DNA of 64,000 bases from Chrysomallon squamiferum (lineage: Eukaryota > Animalia > Mollusca): positions 1,984,001 through 2,048,000 of the forward strand of contig CM022669.1 of the NCBI GenBank assembly GCA_012295275.1. The letters are read 5' to 3'. Below, in pieces: positions 1 through 12,665 of this stretch. Within the stretch, counting starts at the first letter, position 1. The number at the start of each line of letters is the position of its first letter. The translations under genes and the position numbers were made by a program. The notes under the pieces were generated by a model that had not been told where the DNA came from, made no database searches, and saw nothing but the letters and a program-made list of their open reading frames with translations.

Positions 1-26
1 CATGGCTGGTCCATGATTGATAATGT
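1..26 (-). CDS. MALT1: MALT1 exon truncated by the window edge
   Basis: TTATTTGACAG acceptor, open in phase 0 (TLSIMDQP). Confidence 0.55.
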
Positions 27-3000
27 CTGTCAAATAAATATAGCATATCATAATTAGTTAATTATGTCATCAATAATTTTAAAAATAAATATTTCCCTAT
101 TGAATAATTATTAAAAAAAAAAACACCTGGAAGAAGTATTAGATAACTGTTTTCGAAACTAAAAGCAAAATGGATTATAAAATATGCCTGAAACAATAAA
201 ATAAGATCAGGGATGGTCAACCTGCAGCAGTGTTTTTCTATGAAATGATATTTAATTGGAAGCCATGATATTAAAATGTCACTGAGGGTTTTTTTTCTTT
301 AATTAAGTTGGTTTTGTTTAAGGATATCCCTAGAATACATTTATTCTCTGTCATTAGTTACTTGTATTTTGGGCACAGAGTGTTAAAAAGAAACCCAATA
401 TATTTTTCATAAACAAAGTTCCAGATATTAAAAGGAAATATATCATAAAACATTTCTGCTTATGAGGAATATATTTATAAAGTTATCTTGTTTAGCAATT
501 ATATTTACATTGGGGATTTTGGCAACCCATGCAATGCAGTCTGCAATTTTGTCTTTTTTCTTTACAGTGACATAAACATGAAGCACATTGGAAAACTCAG
601 ACTGAAAATCCAGCTCAAGAACGATGCCAAGTTCTTTAGGTTTCCCTTCAACTGTAAGTGTTGGAGGTCGACCTGAAATTTTAAAAAACCCCATTAACCA
701 TACAGCATGAGACAATGATTTCATTGTCAATTAGGTCTTTTAAGAAGCTACATTTTATCTATATGCGTTAGTTTCTTATCACTTTGGTTGTGCAAAAATA
801 ATGCAAGTTCATCAATAATAATAAAAAACACACACACAAAAATGAAGAATCAAACTTTTACTTCAGCTGTTAAGAAACAATTTTTTTTACTTAAAAGAAT
901 TGAAAAAGTGATGGCATGAACACATTTAAAAAAAATACTAAATAAACTGATAACAAACGTTTGTCATTTATCTCAAAGGAAACCCAAACACATTACTTAC
1001 GATGAGCTGCCTCCCACAGTAACTGTCGTTTGTGATAGGCCTGAGTGCCACCTCCGTGGTACTGAATCTTGTCAGCTAGTGACCGCATTGGTTCAGATAA
1101 AGTTGTTCGCACCTCAGGTATCTGTTTGCCCCTGCATTGTTGATCTCTTGTTATATCTGAAATTATTATAAAATAAATTTCTTGATTACATGTACAACAT
1201 TTATAATTAGTAACCAAGATTGATGAGGAATACAATCAAAGTGAAGAAAACAAAACATCTGGGTTAATTGAAAAAATATGAGTAAGTAATTATAAACTTC
1301 ATTTTGTAAAATAATTGTACTAATGCATTTTTAGAATACTCAAATCAAAATACCCAAAAACGTTTCCTCGGCAAGAATTTTTTTACAGGAAGGTCACAAC
1401 TGTCTAGAAGAACTAAGCAAATTTGTAAAACATTTCAGAAAAGAAAATGGCTAAATCCTGGGAAGCGAACTGTATTGTGTTTAACATAATGTATTTAAAG
1501 TAAATGAACGAAGAATAATGATTCAGAAATCTGTTATTTGTCTGTGTTAAAACATATTTCAAAATACCTGTTCTGAGTTCGAGAAAAACTTGTTCAATAC
1601 TAATTGGCTTCTGCAGATGCCTCTGCAAATAATGAACCATGATTCCATAATGAGGCTGTTCATAGGCTGCATAGCCAGAACTTCTGTAAACAAAACCCCC
1701 CAAATTAATCTTGATATCTAATTGAAATATACATATGAATTTTTATTGACTAATTTGCAATAAATTTATCAATAGTTTTCAAATTAAATACCATTTAACA
1801 TTATTTTAGTTAATTGTGATTGAAATTTACTTCAATTATAAATCATCTATTAAATTATATTTAGCAACAGATTATTTAAAGATATATAATAATTTATGTG
1901 TCTTACATTTTTTAATTCACTTTCTCTTTTTTAAGTTCTGAAGTACCAGATCTTATACAATATTCATCAACATCACATAATGATTTAGGATTCTATTTGA
2001 CTCAGTAATCATCACATACAGAGATTAGTGAAATTATTTTTATTAAGTAAAATCTTAAGTTTGACAAAATATATTTAATCCAGTGATTAGTAATGCCTGT
2101 ACAGACATACAGTTTATGTTATTTAAGATACAGTAACAGATATTAGGTGACATACGTTGCGTAACAAATGATTGTGTTGCCTGCTGGAGAAGAACCTGAC
2201 TTAATGAAATTTGGAACTTCATTTGATGACAACTCATTTCTGAAATAATAAACATTGTAACAGAAAAATAATGGTAATAATAATATGTACACAAAGCTTA
2301 ATGCTATTGCTTTAGAAAAGGCATTGCATTAGATTTCTAAACTGGCATTCTCCTATAGATATTCTATTTTGTTTTGTTCTTAAATTTCTGTTCATACTTT
2401 TTCCTACAGATATCCAGTATTATAAAATAGATATCTGAACTTACTTTCTCCTACAAATATCCAATATCATACAACAAATGGCTGGATTTCTGTTCTTCAT
2501 TCGATCCAGGACGAAGTCAGCGCAGAGGCAATGCTCCCAAGTAAAACCAGTAGGAGCATCCTCTGGAACAAGATAACACTGGCCAGATTCCTCAAAGCCG
2601 TGACCACAGAAATAAAAAACACAGTATACACCATCATCAATTAGTCTGCAGAATTCCTGCACTGCAGAAATCATTTCAGTCTTGGTCAAATTCAAAAGGG
2701 AAACAACTTTGAACTGCAGATTGCGAAATATTTCACAAAGAGTTTTAATGTCTTGTTTTGGAGCAGAGAGAGAGTTTTCTGCTTTGTAAAAGTAATTGCC
2801 AATAAGTAGTGCCACTTTATCCTTTGCTACAATTCAAACAAAACAAAGAAACCATTTATATGTATATGATTGTATAAATTTAATATCATTTTGAAACAGA
2901 CATTTATGGACTTCACACAACACATAAACAGACAAACACACACACACACACAAACGGTTTTTGGATGCAATTATACATATACATACTTTCCTTCTATGCA

Positions 3001-6000
3001 ATTTGATAGAACACAGCAAATGTATTAAACTTTTGATTTTAATTAATTATTATCTATCTATCTCTCTATCTCTCTATCTATCAATCTATCTATCTACACA
3101 TTTCTCTATATAAATGAATATATGTTTAACAACAGATGTCCATCACTTTCAGTATATTAACTCTTTCAGACTATATTTGCTGTGAAAAAATATCATCACA
3201 GAACAAACTGGAAATTATAAGCAAGCAAAGATTTAAAACTTTTTTGTCGTTAAAAATGTTTTAGGATCATCCAAATAAACGGTATCATAAGATCCTACAG
3301 GAGATATGAGAAAAATTAAAAATTTGTTTTAGAAAGTGTTTTACTTTTATTTTCCAAAAATAACTGAAATACAATTGTGTAAAGTGCTGTTATAATGCTT
3401 AACTTTTAGCAATAAATTCACTCAATAACAACAATATCTACAAAATGATAAACACTCTGAAAAGATACTCACCAAAATACTGTCGTGGTGGTGATGAGAT
3501 AACTGTAAGCAAAGCTCCATCTGAGATTTTTTTTCCATAGTTGTTCTTCACAATGCAGTAATACATACCTTGCTGTTCATATGACATAATATTTGCTATT
3601 CGTAACTCAGATGCTGTCTGGTCTATAAAAGTGAGAGAAAATATTTTAAATTTTATTTTGTTCTAAAATTATTCAAAATAGCAGAGTTATTAAACACCAC
3701 TCTGTGACTACAACAGCTACTCTAAACCTATTACTATTGTCACCTCAGAAACTATTTAAACTATTATAACAAATAAATGAACACTTAAAAAGGCTTATAA
3801 ACTAAAATTCTTGGATATACATGTAACACATTTAAAAAAATATTTATTGCTAATTATAGTGAAGACCAACTAAAAATCAGTGCAAGCTGATAAACAAATA
3901 CAATTTTTTATTATTAATCAATATGTTTCACAAGTAGCAAAAACAGGTCAATCACAATTTGGATACAACAAATACACCATATCTGCTGTTATTAAATTTC
4001 ATTAATTTATTATTTGAAATTAAAAAAATCATACCACGTAAAATAACAGAATCCTTAAACCACTGGTAACTGACTGGCTGAATGCCACATGCTTCTACCA
4101 CAAACAAAGCGACACCTCCCAGCTGAACACTGCATGACTTTGGCTGGTTCAGGATTTCTGGTTTAAAAAAGATATCAGTGATTATTTTACATACACTAAC
4201 ACACAGAACACACAGAGAAAGTTAAAACAGAAAGAAAGAGAATAAATGGAAGTTTTAATGAATTAATAATTAATGTAGGTAATGTAGAAATACCTGGCTC
4301 TTTTGTCAGTTGGGGCATATCATCTGTAAAACAACAAACAAAAATATTAAAAGTAACAAAAATATTTTGTGCTACCAATGAAGGTAATATAATTAATGAT
4401 GAATATTTTCACTTGATTTTTACAGATAATAAAACGCTACAGCAATGTTATTATTTCAGAACAACCAGTTTTAATAAACTGTGGCTAAGACATACATGTT
4501 GATCTGCCATAAACTCTTCTCTAGAGTTCAGTGATAATTATGTATAAGAACATATACAAAACATAATCCCCAACACAAAAACACAAACGAATTTACACAT
4601 ATATTGTAATGTAAATTCTCTTTTTCTGTTATTATTATATAGACTGTATGTACATATGTGTGTGTGGTTGTGTCTGGGTGTGCATTTGTGAATACATTTC
4701 CTTGTGTATGTTTACAGTATATATAAAAATGTATATTAACATATACTTACATTCTGCAACCATAACCATACAGATATTTGTACGTGCCTCACCAAAATTA
4801 TTTCTTACAATACAGTGATATCTTCCATTGTGGCTGCTTACTGCACTGTCAATCTAAAATGAAAATCAGTGTGAATATAAAACTGCACATTAAATCACAC
4901 CATGGCTCAAGTTCTAGGGTCTTTGTTATTTTATGTGCTTGAGATCTTCCAAACTTACTTGTTTTAAACCAAATGTCTTAAATGAATTATTATTTTCATG
5001 AAAAGAATCTAGCTAATGACCCTGACCAAGTATTGAAAAATTAATTAAATAAATCTAAAAAACAATTTATAAAATAATTAACTTTGGATTAAAAACAAAA
5101 TATTCAAACTAATTAGCAGAAATATAAAAATAAAAATGAAACTGTTTTTACCTGAACAGCAGAACTCTCTAGCAAAAGTCTAACAGCCTTGCTTAAATAA
5201 TTCTACACCAACCTGAAGTTCAGGATCCTCTGTCTGAATGAAATAGCTGCCATCATGATACCAGAAGTAACTCAGTCTGAAGCAGCTTCTGGCTCTGCAT
5301 TTAATAATAAAAGGATGTCCTTTTAAAACAACAACATCTTTTGGCTGATCTTCAATAACAGGCAAATTACAATCTGAAATAAGTAAGTAAATTAAAACTA
5401 AATTAAAAACAGAATACATAAATATACATGCATGTATAAAAATATGAATGATGTCACAATCAAAATATTTGCCATACCCCTATCATTTAAAATACTCATA
5501 AACGCACTGACACACATATATACACACACAATTACTTTTAAACTGTTAGATAAATCTGATTATAATATGAGTGATATTGCTATAGATATTTCATGTTAAT
5601 TATTTTTATTTGATAAATAAAATACTAATAAAAAATAAACGCACAGGAAAGATTAGAATGAAAGAAATAACCATATTTAAAAAGATGAACTTTTATTTTA
5701 ATTTGTGGCTTTATATACAGTTAATAACCACAGAGAAAATGACAGATGAAACCATGATATACAACACATGAGTGTTAACAGCAATAGATTTACACACAGA
5801 CACACACACTGAAAGAACACCAGTTGTAGAGAAGTAGCTTATTAGCAGCACTGTGGCGGAGTGATCAATGACATCTGAAACCAGAGATTACCAGTAAGCT
5901 GGAGTAATGTAAGAAATAAACTTACTTTTGCTGTTATCCTGAAATACTATGTCATTCTTTTCATCATGATGCATTTTTCCCGGTTTGGCTGAAGAATTTT

Positions 6001-8201
6001 GGTAGTCTTAAAAGAGAAAAGAACTTAAAGCTATATATTTATATTTATACATCTATACAAGGAGAGAAAGTTATTTGGGCTGGGACCAATTCTCAGTCAT
6101 TATTTTTGAAAAAACACTCTTTACCAGTCAAACTTTAAAAAAAAATTTGATCCAAAGCTTGCATCTGTTTCCATCATTATTGTGTATCAGAAAATAATAA
6201 AAAGCTCAAGTCAGATGTAAAGAGATGAGAGCTTCCGAATTTATATTTTTGCACAGATCTAAGTTATTTCTGAACAACAGTTTTTATTAATAATAAATTA
6301 TAAAAGTAAAGTATGAAATTAATGCAACATTTTTTTTATCTTCTTTTCATTATGTCATATTTAAACATGGGATTAAAAAATGTCTTTGTATATATCCTTT
6401 TGCGATGTAAGTTCTATTTTTCAGGAAATGCCCACAGAAATAAAATCAATATATTTCTTGTTATTACCTGGATACACCTCGACATAACAATGGTGTGTAA
6501 ATTTGACTTTCTTTGGATCAGCACAGTTGTGAAGTCGACAACAATAAAAACCTTTTTGAGATTCACTGAAATAATAATTTGTTAATCATTATATTAAGGT
6601 AACTAATATCCTATGAAGGCTAAGGCATGTTTGTCTGACAGTTAAAACAGTTCAAAAAGCTGTGTAAAAAGAAAAATGCCTTGTTGTTTCTTCCTCTCAT
6701 CTGTAAATAAAAACAAATAATCAAAAATATTAAAAATAATATCCCCAAAATATTTAGCATTGTTACTATTGAGATAATTATAAATAGTGATGCATTATGA
6801 GTATTTTCAACCAAGACACAGCACTAGGAAACCAGCTTAGATAAAATTTTAAATTATAAACTTATTTTGAATGAATAGAGTATTATTATTAATAATGAAA
6901 TCAAATTTGTAAAATGAATATGATATACCTACCAGACATTTTCAATTTTTAGTGTTTTTTCAACTGCCCCTTTGACTTCACTGTTTTCATGAAACCACTG
7001 ATACTTAGGGTAAGGAAAACCAGTTGCTTCAACACTAAGAGTAAGTGTTTCACCTTCAAATAATTTCAGTTCTTCTTCTGGTTCAGATGTTATCTTTATA
7101 GGCTCTGTCAATGGAAATTATAAATGGAAATTATACATATAGAAACCCATTCACTGTTTCACTTCTGAAACCCATTTACTTATCTTTGTCTGAAATGTGA
7201 TATGACCATTTTGATTCCTTAGCCCTTAGTGCCTAAAACCATGAACAACATAGATATATGTTCAAAGTCTTGCAATTCCTTCTGCCATATAAATTTACTA
7301 TCTGCAATTCATAACAATATTATGATTTCAGTGTAACAGATTTCTTTGTTTTTGTCCTTTTATGGAAGCATAATGGTAGATATATATACACAGAATACTG
7401 CCAAAAGAAAGGGCTCGATATCACATGAAAATAGACAATGCAATGTAACAGACCATAATCTTTGAACTCCTGTAAGACCTTTTCCAAGCGCAGCATATCA
7501 AGATATTTGACAAGTTCACTGACCACCATGCCACGAGCTCCTAGTTCCAGAATCAGTTCACTACTTGGGCTTTCATGACTGTAAATCCTCATAGCCATTT
7601 TCTCTATCTCATTATGTCTTATAAATAAAAAAAAAAAAAAAAAAAAGAATAAATCAGAATCTTAAAACAGTGTACAGTGATGACAGAGTATCGCATTATT
7701 GATAAACCAGTATCATGTAGTAACTGCAGCAGTTTCCTTTCTTACATTATCATTAAGAAAAACCCCAAACAACTGGCACCAAACTTGCAATAATAAGACA
7801 TTTTTGAAGTGGTTTTAAACATTCATTTATTGTATAGTTTCTGATGTCAGAATATACTTTAGAAATCATTCCAATTTGTTTTTAACCTTTGGGGTAATTT
7901 TTCTACTGACTTCAAATTCAATAAAAACAAAATTGATAAATATATAATTTAATATGCAGAATCTATCCACATAATGTCAGTTTGTTCTGATCAACTTTAA
8001 CATTACATAATGTGATGTGAAATCAGTAAACAGCAGTAAAGACAAGACTTACTTAAAAATGTATGGAGCTTTCAAACTGGCTGCCAAAGCCCTCCAGTTC
8101 TGAGTTTCAGGTGCTGTATCTAAAGCATCTCTCAGAGCTAACATTGGTTTGCCTCTGAGATCACGAATATTAGTGTCTGGACTGAAGCGAAGACCATTCA
8201 T
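1..8201 (-). CDS. MALT1: MALT1-like type-1 paracaspase (DD-Ig-Ig-Ig-caspase-like-Ig-like), 3'-partial. Coding exons: 8201-8053, 7617-7454, 7104-6933, 6565-6468, 6006-5926, 5373-5213, 4853-4751, 4323-4294, 4157-4035, 3622-3473, 2826-2445, 2239-2156, 1683-1568, 1156-1001, 672-509, 26-<1 (about 719 aa in window)
   Basis: All introns are GT-AG and phases chain without a stop. Death domain (NWRALA...SPSSELILELG), three Ig domains (YQWF / YxC motifs), paracaspase motifs KVALLIGN, FKVVSLLNLTK.EM, catalytic FYFCGHG and ILDICR, and downstream QIPE and EFSNVL motifs typical of MALT1. Confidence 0.93.
509..672 (-). CDS. MALT1: MALT1 exon, C-terminal Ig-like domain
   Basis: GIVLELDFQSEFSNVLHVYV. Confidence 0.87.
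1001..1156 (-). CDS. MALT1: MALT1 exon, end of caspase domain
   Basis: GKQIPEVRTTLSEPMRSLADKIQ...LWEAAH. Confidence 0.88.
1568..1683 (-). CDS. MALT1: MALT1 exon, caspase domain
   Basis: SSGYAAYEQPHYGIMVHYLQRHL...IEQVFLELR. Confidence 0.88.
2156..2239 (-). CDS. MALT1: MALT1 exon, caspase domain
   Basis: ...PAGNTIICYAT (compare MALT1 ANIVFGYAT). Confidence 0.85.
2445..2826 (-). CDS. MALT1: MALT1 exon, catalytic paracaspase domain
   Basis: AKDKVALLIGNY...FYFCGHG...ILDICRR with His-Cys dyad. Confidence 0.95.
3473..3622 (-). CDS. MALT1: MALT1 exon, Ig3 C-half
   Basis: SELRIANIMSYEQQGMYYCIVKNNYGKKISDGALLTV; donor GTGAGT. Confidence 0.87.
4035..4157 (-). CDS. MALT1: MALT1 exon, Ig3 N-half
   Basis: EILNQPKSCSVQLGGVALFVVEACGIQPVSYQWFKD. 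Confidence 0.87.
4294..4323 (-). CDS. MALT1: MALT1 micro-exon (30 nt linker)
   Basis: TTTACAG|...CCAG|GTATTT, phase 1-1, YDMPQLTKEP. Confidence 0.7.
4751..4853 (-). CDS. MALT1: MALT1 exon, Ig2 C-half
   Basis: IDSAVSSHNGRYHCIVRNNFGEARTNICMVMVAE; donor GTAAGT. Confidence 0.85.
5213..5373 (-). CDS. MALT1: MALT1 exon, Ig2 N-half
   Basis: LPVIEDQPKDVVVLKGHPFIIKCRA...YFWYHDG. Confidence 0.88.
5926..6006 (-). CDS. MALT1: MALT1 linker exon (81 nt)
   Basis: Pyrimidine tract + AG, donor GTAAGT, open phase 1-1: DYQNSSAKPGKMHHDEKNDIVFQDNSK. Confidence 0.7.
6468..6565 (-). CDS. MALT1: MALT1 exon, Ig1 C-half
   Basis: ESQKGFYCCRLHN...VEVYP; AG/GT bounded, phase 2 to phase 1; not in the ORF track. Confidence 0.85.
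6933..7104 (-). CDS. MALT1: MALT1 exon, Ig1 N-half
   Basis: PIKITSEP...LSVEATGFPYPKYQWF. Confidence 0.9.
7454..7617 (-). CDS. MALT1: MALT1 exon, death domain
   Basis: HNEIEKMAMRIYSHESPSSELILELGARGMVVSELVKYL; phase 2 to phase 1. Confidence 0.88.
8053..8201 (-). CDS. MALT1: MALT1 coding exon 1 (ATG, start of death domain)
   Basis: MNGLRFSPDTNIRDL...NWRALAASLK; acceptor upstream at 8223-8224, donor GTAAGT. Confidence 0.85.
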
Positions 8202-8949
8202 TGTGACCTTTCTTCTGTTTTCCTGAAAAACATATAAATAAATAAAAACAAACAAAACTGATTTCCTGGAAAATGTTTTATTTTATCCAAAACATAGAAA
8301 AAGTTATTTGTAGTGCTTTGCAGTTCTGTAGTACACTATTCAGTCATTCTTCACTGTGATATTACAGTGTGCATATTCTATTAATATTTCAAAGTCAATC
8401 ATTTGTAAATATTTCTGTTCTGAACAATAATTTAAAAATGACTAGACATTTGTGCTAATAATTTTCTTCATATGTTATTATTTAGTATTATTTATATTAT
8501 ATTATTATTATTATTTTGTTTTTGCTCTTTGTCACCAATTAAATACCAAGATATGAATATTCATCGTTGGATAAAATCTTTTTTAAAATGCAGATTAAAA
8601 TGATAGGACGGTCCGAACTCTGCCTTTTGAATTTGATATTAAATTAGTTTATTTGATTTTGATTCACCTTTCGGTTATCATTAGTGACTTCTGTTCTTCA
8701 TATTATCATATCCGAAATAGTAATAAAATTATTTATTTAGAGTTCTAAAACAAATTATTTTACAGCGTACGTAATGAATAGATTTATCGGCATAAACATG
8801 TGCGTGATTTAATTAACTATTTAAGTTTCTACCAGTATTAATATGTACGCAGTTTACATTTGGGGCCACTGGCGAAATTACAAATCATTAAACTGTAGCT
8901 TATTTGTGATTTTCCCTAATTAAATAACAGAGAATAAGTATTCTACACT

Positions 8950-9130
8950 TACTAAAATAATATGGAATTGATCATTTCAACCTGTCAGATCCATCTAGAG
9001 TCAATATTCTTCTTTGTTAGTAACTGTTTCTAGACCAAACGCGGAAGTGAATGGATGACGTCTCACAAATGAAAAGCCGTCTTTGAAGAGGAACTGGTTT
9101 TGTTCGATCGACTACATTTGTAACGTCAGT
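8950..9130 (-). promoter_or_regulatory. Probable MALT1 promoter and non-coding first exon
   Basis: ETS motif GCGGAAGTG (9041-9049), CRE-like TGACGT (about 9056), candidate donors at 8980-8981 and 8951-8952; the ATG exon has an acceptor upstream so a UTR exon is required. Confidence 0.5.
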
Positions 9131-9224
9131 ATTACCAGCATAACATCTTCACTATTGTTGAGCAAAGCAATAACAAAGTAATGTTTGCGTAAATGGAGCT
9201 GTTCATAAATTAAAGTGTTGTTTA

Positions 9225-10865
9225 GTGTTCTACAGTATAGTGTAGTGTAGTATAATGTAGTGTAGTGTGGTGCAGTGTAGTAGTGTAGTATAGTGTAGTA
9301 TAGTATGCTATAGCACAGTACAGTGTCATATAATGTAGTGTAGTGTGGTAAAGTGTAGTGAAGAGTAGTTAAGTGTAGTTCATCGTAATGTAGTAGAGTT
9401 TTGTAGTCCAGTGTAGTGTATTATAGCATTTGTAGAGAAGTGTAGTGCAATTTAGAATAGTGTAATGTAATGCATTATGGCGTGATGTGATGTAATGTAG
9501 TGCGGTGTAGTGTAATGCAATGTACAGTAGTTTAGTGTAGTGCAGTGCAATGTACAGTAGTTTTATGTAGTGCAATGTACAATAGTTTTTAGTGTAGTGT
9601 AGTGCAATATGCAGTAGTTTAGTGTACTATAGTGCATTGTACAGTAGTTTAGTGTATTATAGAGCATTGTACAGTAGTTTAGTGTAATCTAGTGCAATGT
9701 ACAGAAGTTTAGTGTAGTGTAGTGCAATGTACAATAGTTTTTAGTGTAGTGTAGTGCAATATGCAGTAGTTTAGTGTAGTGTAATGCAATGTACAGTAGG
9801 TTAGCGTATTGTAGTGCAATGTCAATAGTTTTGAGTGTAGTATAATGCAAGCAGATTAGTGTACTATTGTGTAATGTACAGTAGTTTCGTGTAGTGTAAT
9901 GCAATGTGCAGTAGTTTAGTGTACTACAGTGTAATGTAAACAGTTTAGTGTAGTGTAGTGTACAGTAGTTTAGTATACTGAAGTGAAGTGCAATGTATAG
10001 AAGTTTAGTGTACTAAAGTGCAATGTACAGTAGTTTAGTGTACTGTAGTGCAATTTACAGTAGTTTAGTGTAGTGTAGTGCAATGTACAGTAGTTTAGTG
10101 TAGTGTAATGCAATGTACAGTAGTTTAGTGTACTATAGTGCAATGTACAGTAGTTTAGTGTAGTCTAGTGCAACGTTCAGTAGTTTAGTGTAGTGTAGTG
10201 CAATGTACAATAGTTTTTAGTGTAGTACAGTGCAAGTAGTTTAGTGTACTATTGTGCAATGTACAGTAGTTTAGTGTAGGATAGTGTAATGTACAGTAGT
10301 TTAGTGTAGTGTAATGCAATGTACAGTAGTTTAGTGTACTACAGTGCAATGTAAACAGTTTAGTGTAATGTACAGTAGTTTAGTATACTGAAGTGCAATG
10401 TATGGTAGTTTAGTGTACTAAAGTGCAATGTACAGTAGTTTAGTGTAGTGTAGTGCAATGTACAGTAGTTTAGTGTAGTGTAGTGCAATGTACAGTAGTT
10501 TAGTGTAGTGTAGTGCAATGTACAGTAGTTTAGTGTAGTGTAATGCAATGTACAGTAGTTTAGTGTACTATAGTGCAATGTACAGTAGTTTAGTGTACTG
10601 TAGTGCAATTTACAGTAGTTTAGTGTAGTGTAGTGCAACGTACAGTAGTTTAGTGTAGTGTAATGCAATGTACAGTAGTTTAGTGTACTACAGTGCAATG
10701 TAAACAGTTTAGTGTAGTGTACAGTAGTTTAGTATACTGAAGTGCAATGTATAGTAGTTTAGTGTACTAAAGTGCAATGTACAGTAGTTTAGTGTAGTGT
10801 AGTGCAATGTACAGTAGTTTAGTGTACTGTAGTGCAATGTACAATAGTTTAGTGTAATGTAGTGC
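9225..10865. repeat. Minisatellite, 30-bp unit TAGTG-TAGTG-TAGTG-CAATG-TACAG-TAGTT
   Basis: Direct 30-nt periodicity (e.g. 10441-10560), degenerating to plain (TAGTG)n at the left end; produces the spurious TLNYCTLHYT ORFs. Confidence 0.97.
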
Positions 10866-12630
10866 ACATATACATGCATACATATGTATATATCAATAAA
10901 TATGTCAACTAATGAAATTACGTCGCGCCTTATTATCAGTCAGTAAAATAAATACTGCATGCGAGAATCATTTGATTTATCAAACTAGTAGATAGTTAGA
11001 CAGGCAGGTAGATAGATATATATTTTTTAAATCTAAACCCCTGCATACAATTTCAAAAATGAGAAAATAATAATAATTACTTACAGTCAGTCGTGCAAAA
11101 TAATGACAGATTTTCTCATGCTTGAAAATAATGTAAGTGTGATTAAAATGGAAGTTTTCAGTTAACGTGTGTTGAAAAGCACCAGTGGCTAATTGTAGAC
11201 AGCGTGGAAAGGTTTCCAAAATGAAACGTCAAATTTTTTTAAAAAATTAAAAAATAAATAAATAAATAAAATAAAAAGATATGAAGAAGAAAGAAAAACA
11301 GTTAAACAATTATTTAAAATATGTTTTCATCCACTGAACATGATATTTGTCATAGGCTATCAAAGATTATATTTCTTTCTATTAGTGTTAAAGAGTTGAA
11401 TACGAGGTGGCGTTACAACTTAAGTTTCCGCCAGAGCTGGTACGGGGATACCATCCCTCGAACTGGCAGTTCTAAGACAGAACGGAAAATTTAGAAGATA
11501 AAAAAAAAAAAAAAAAAGGTTTACTGGTTCAGAAGAATTACGACAATGTGGCAATTACGTGTGAATTCCAATAAATGATGTCTTAACTATATTCCGAGTT
11601 GTCGTCTTGTAAACATTATTTTCCTTAGCTAATCTCTTGGTCATAACAAATGAGTACCCGACGGACCAATAACTTAGAACAGATATTGTTTTTTTCATTT
11701 AATCCCAAACCATCGAAGTCCTTAGCTTGTCAGCAAAGGAACAAATATTTTCTGTTTATTGCCTTCTCGAGAAAACCAGAAGCACGAATTTAGCTCAGAG
11801 AGTGAAATCAGTTTGATATGTAATGTCGCCATCAACAATTACTTTACAATATATTGTGAAAACAGCGTCCTCCACAAACATAAGTCGCATTCATTTTTTC
11901 ATTACGTGTTAAGAATTAATTAATATGCTTTTAAAATACTCTTATTACAGAAAGAGAGAACGAGAGAGAGATGTTAATAAAATATGGTGTTTGATAAATT
12001 AAGAACTGTAATATGTCTCTTTCTCAACAACAAACCGTTTGTATGATGAAAATTAAAATTTATCATTTTTGTGATTTGATATGCTGTTTTCTGTTACTTT
12101 ATTTACTCAGTGGACGTCACTATTTATTTTTGTATTTGTCATAAGTATACATTGGTATGTGTTACAATAAAATTAAATTTAATTTTAATGTTATAATGTC
12201 CTAAAAATATTTGCTATTACAATTAGTTTCATAATCAACTCTGCAGTGACGGTTGTTCAGGCAAAATACAACATATACACGTATATAAGTATTACAGTGA
12301 AAACTGGTTCGAAATTAATTAATTAAATATCTATTGGCGTATTGAATATTGTAAATATTAAATTACGTTGTAAATATTAAATTATGGAACCCTTATAGAT
12401 GCAAAATCAATATGTTAAGTACTTTCTGTTAACTACGGCTATAACACAACTCTCGGGTATAACACCACTTTTATACTGAATTAAGGTAACACAAATTGAG
12501 CCTTTTACGTGAGTAGGTGCAGGAGTAATATTTCAATTTGTTGTGCATTTATTTTTAAAACCCAGTTCTGATAATCCTGGAAATGGGTAGAATTATATAT
12601 GTGTATGTATATTATTTATTTTATTTTATT

Positions 12631-12665
<35 letters not shown>

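Noticed and set aside
6620-6700. Strong minus-strand acceptor in the MALT1 intron that would create TG|A stop (poison exon)
   Set aside because: No convincing donor and no transcript evidence; the 6565 acceptor completes the Ig domain cleanly.
9369-10698. ORFs with TLNYCTLHYT repeats; possible repeat protein or CRISPR-like array
   Set aside because: Translation of a 30-bp satellite; no unique spacers, no true start, eukaryotic context.
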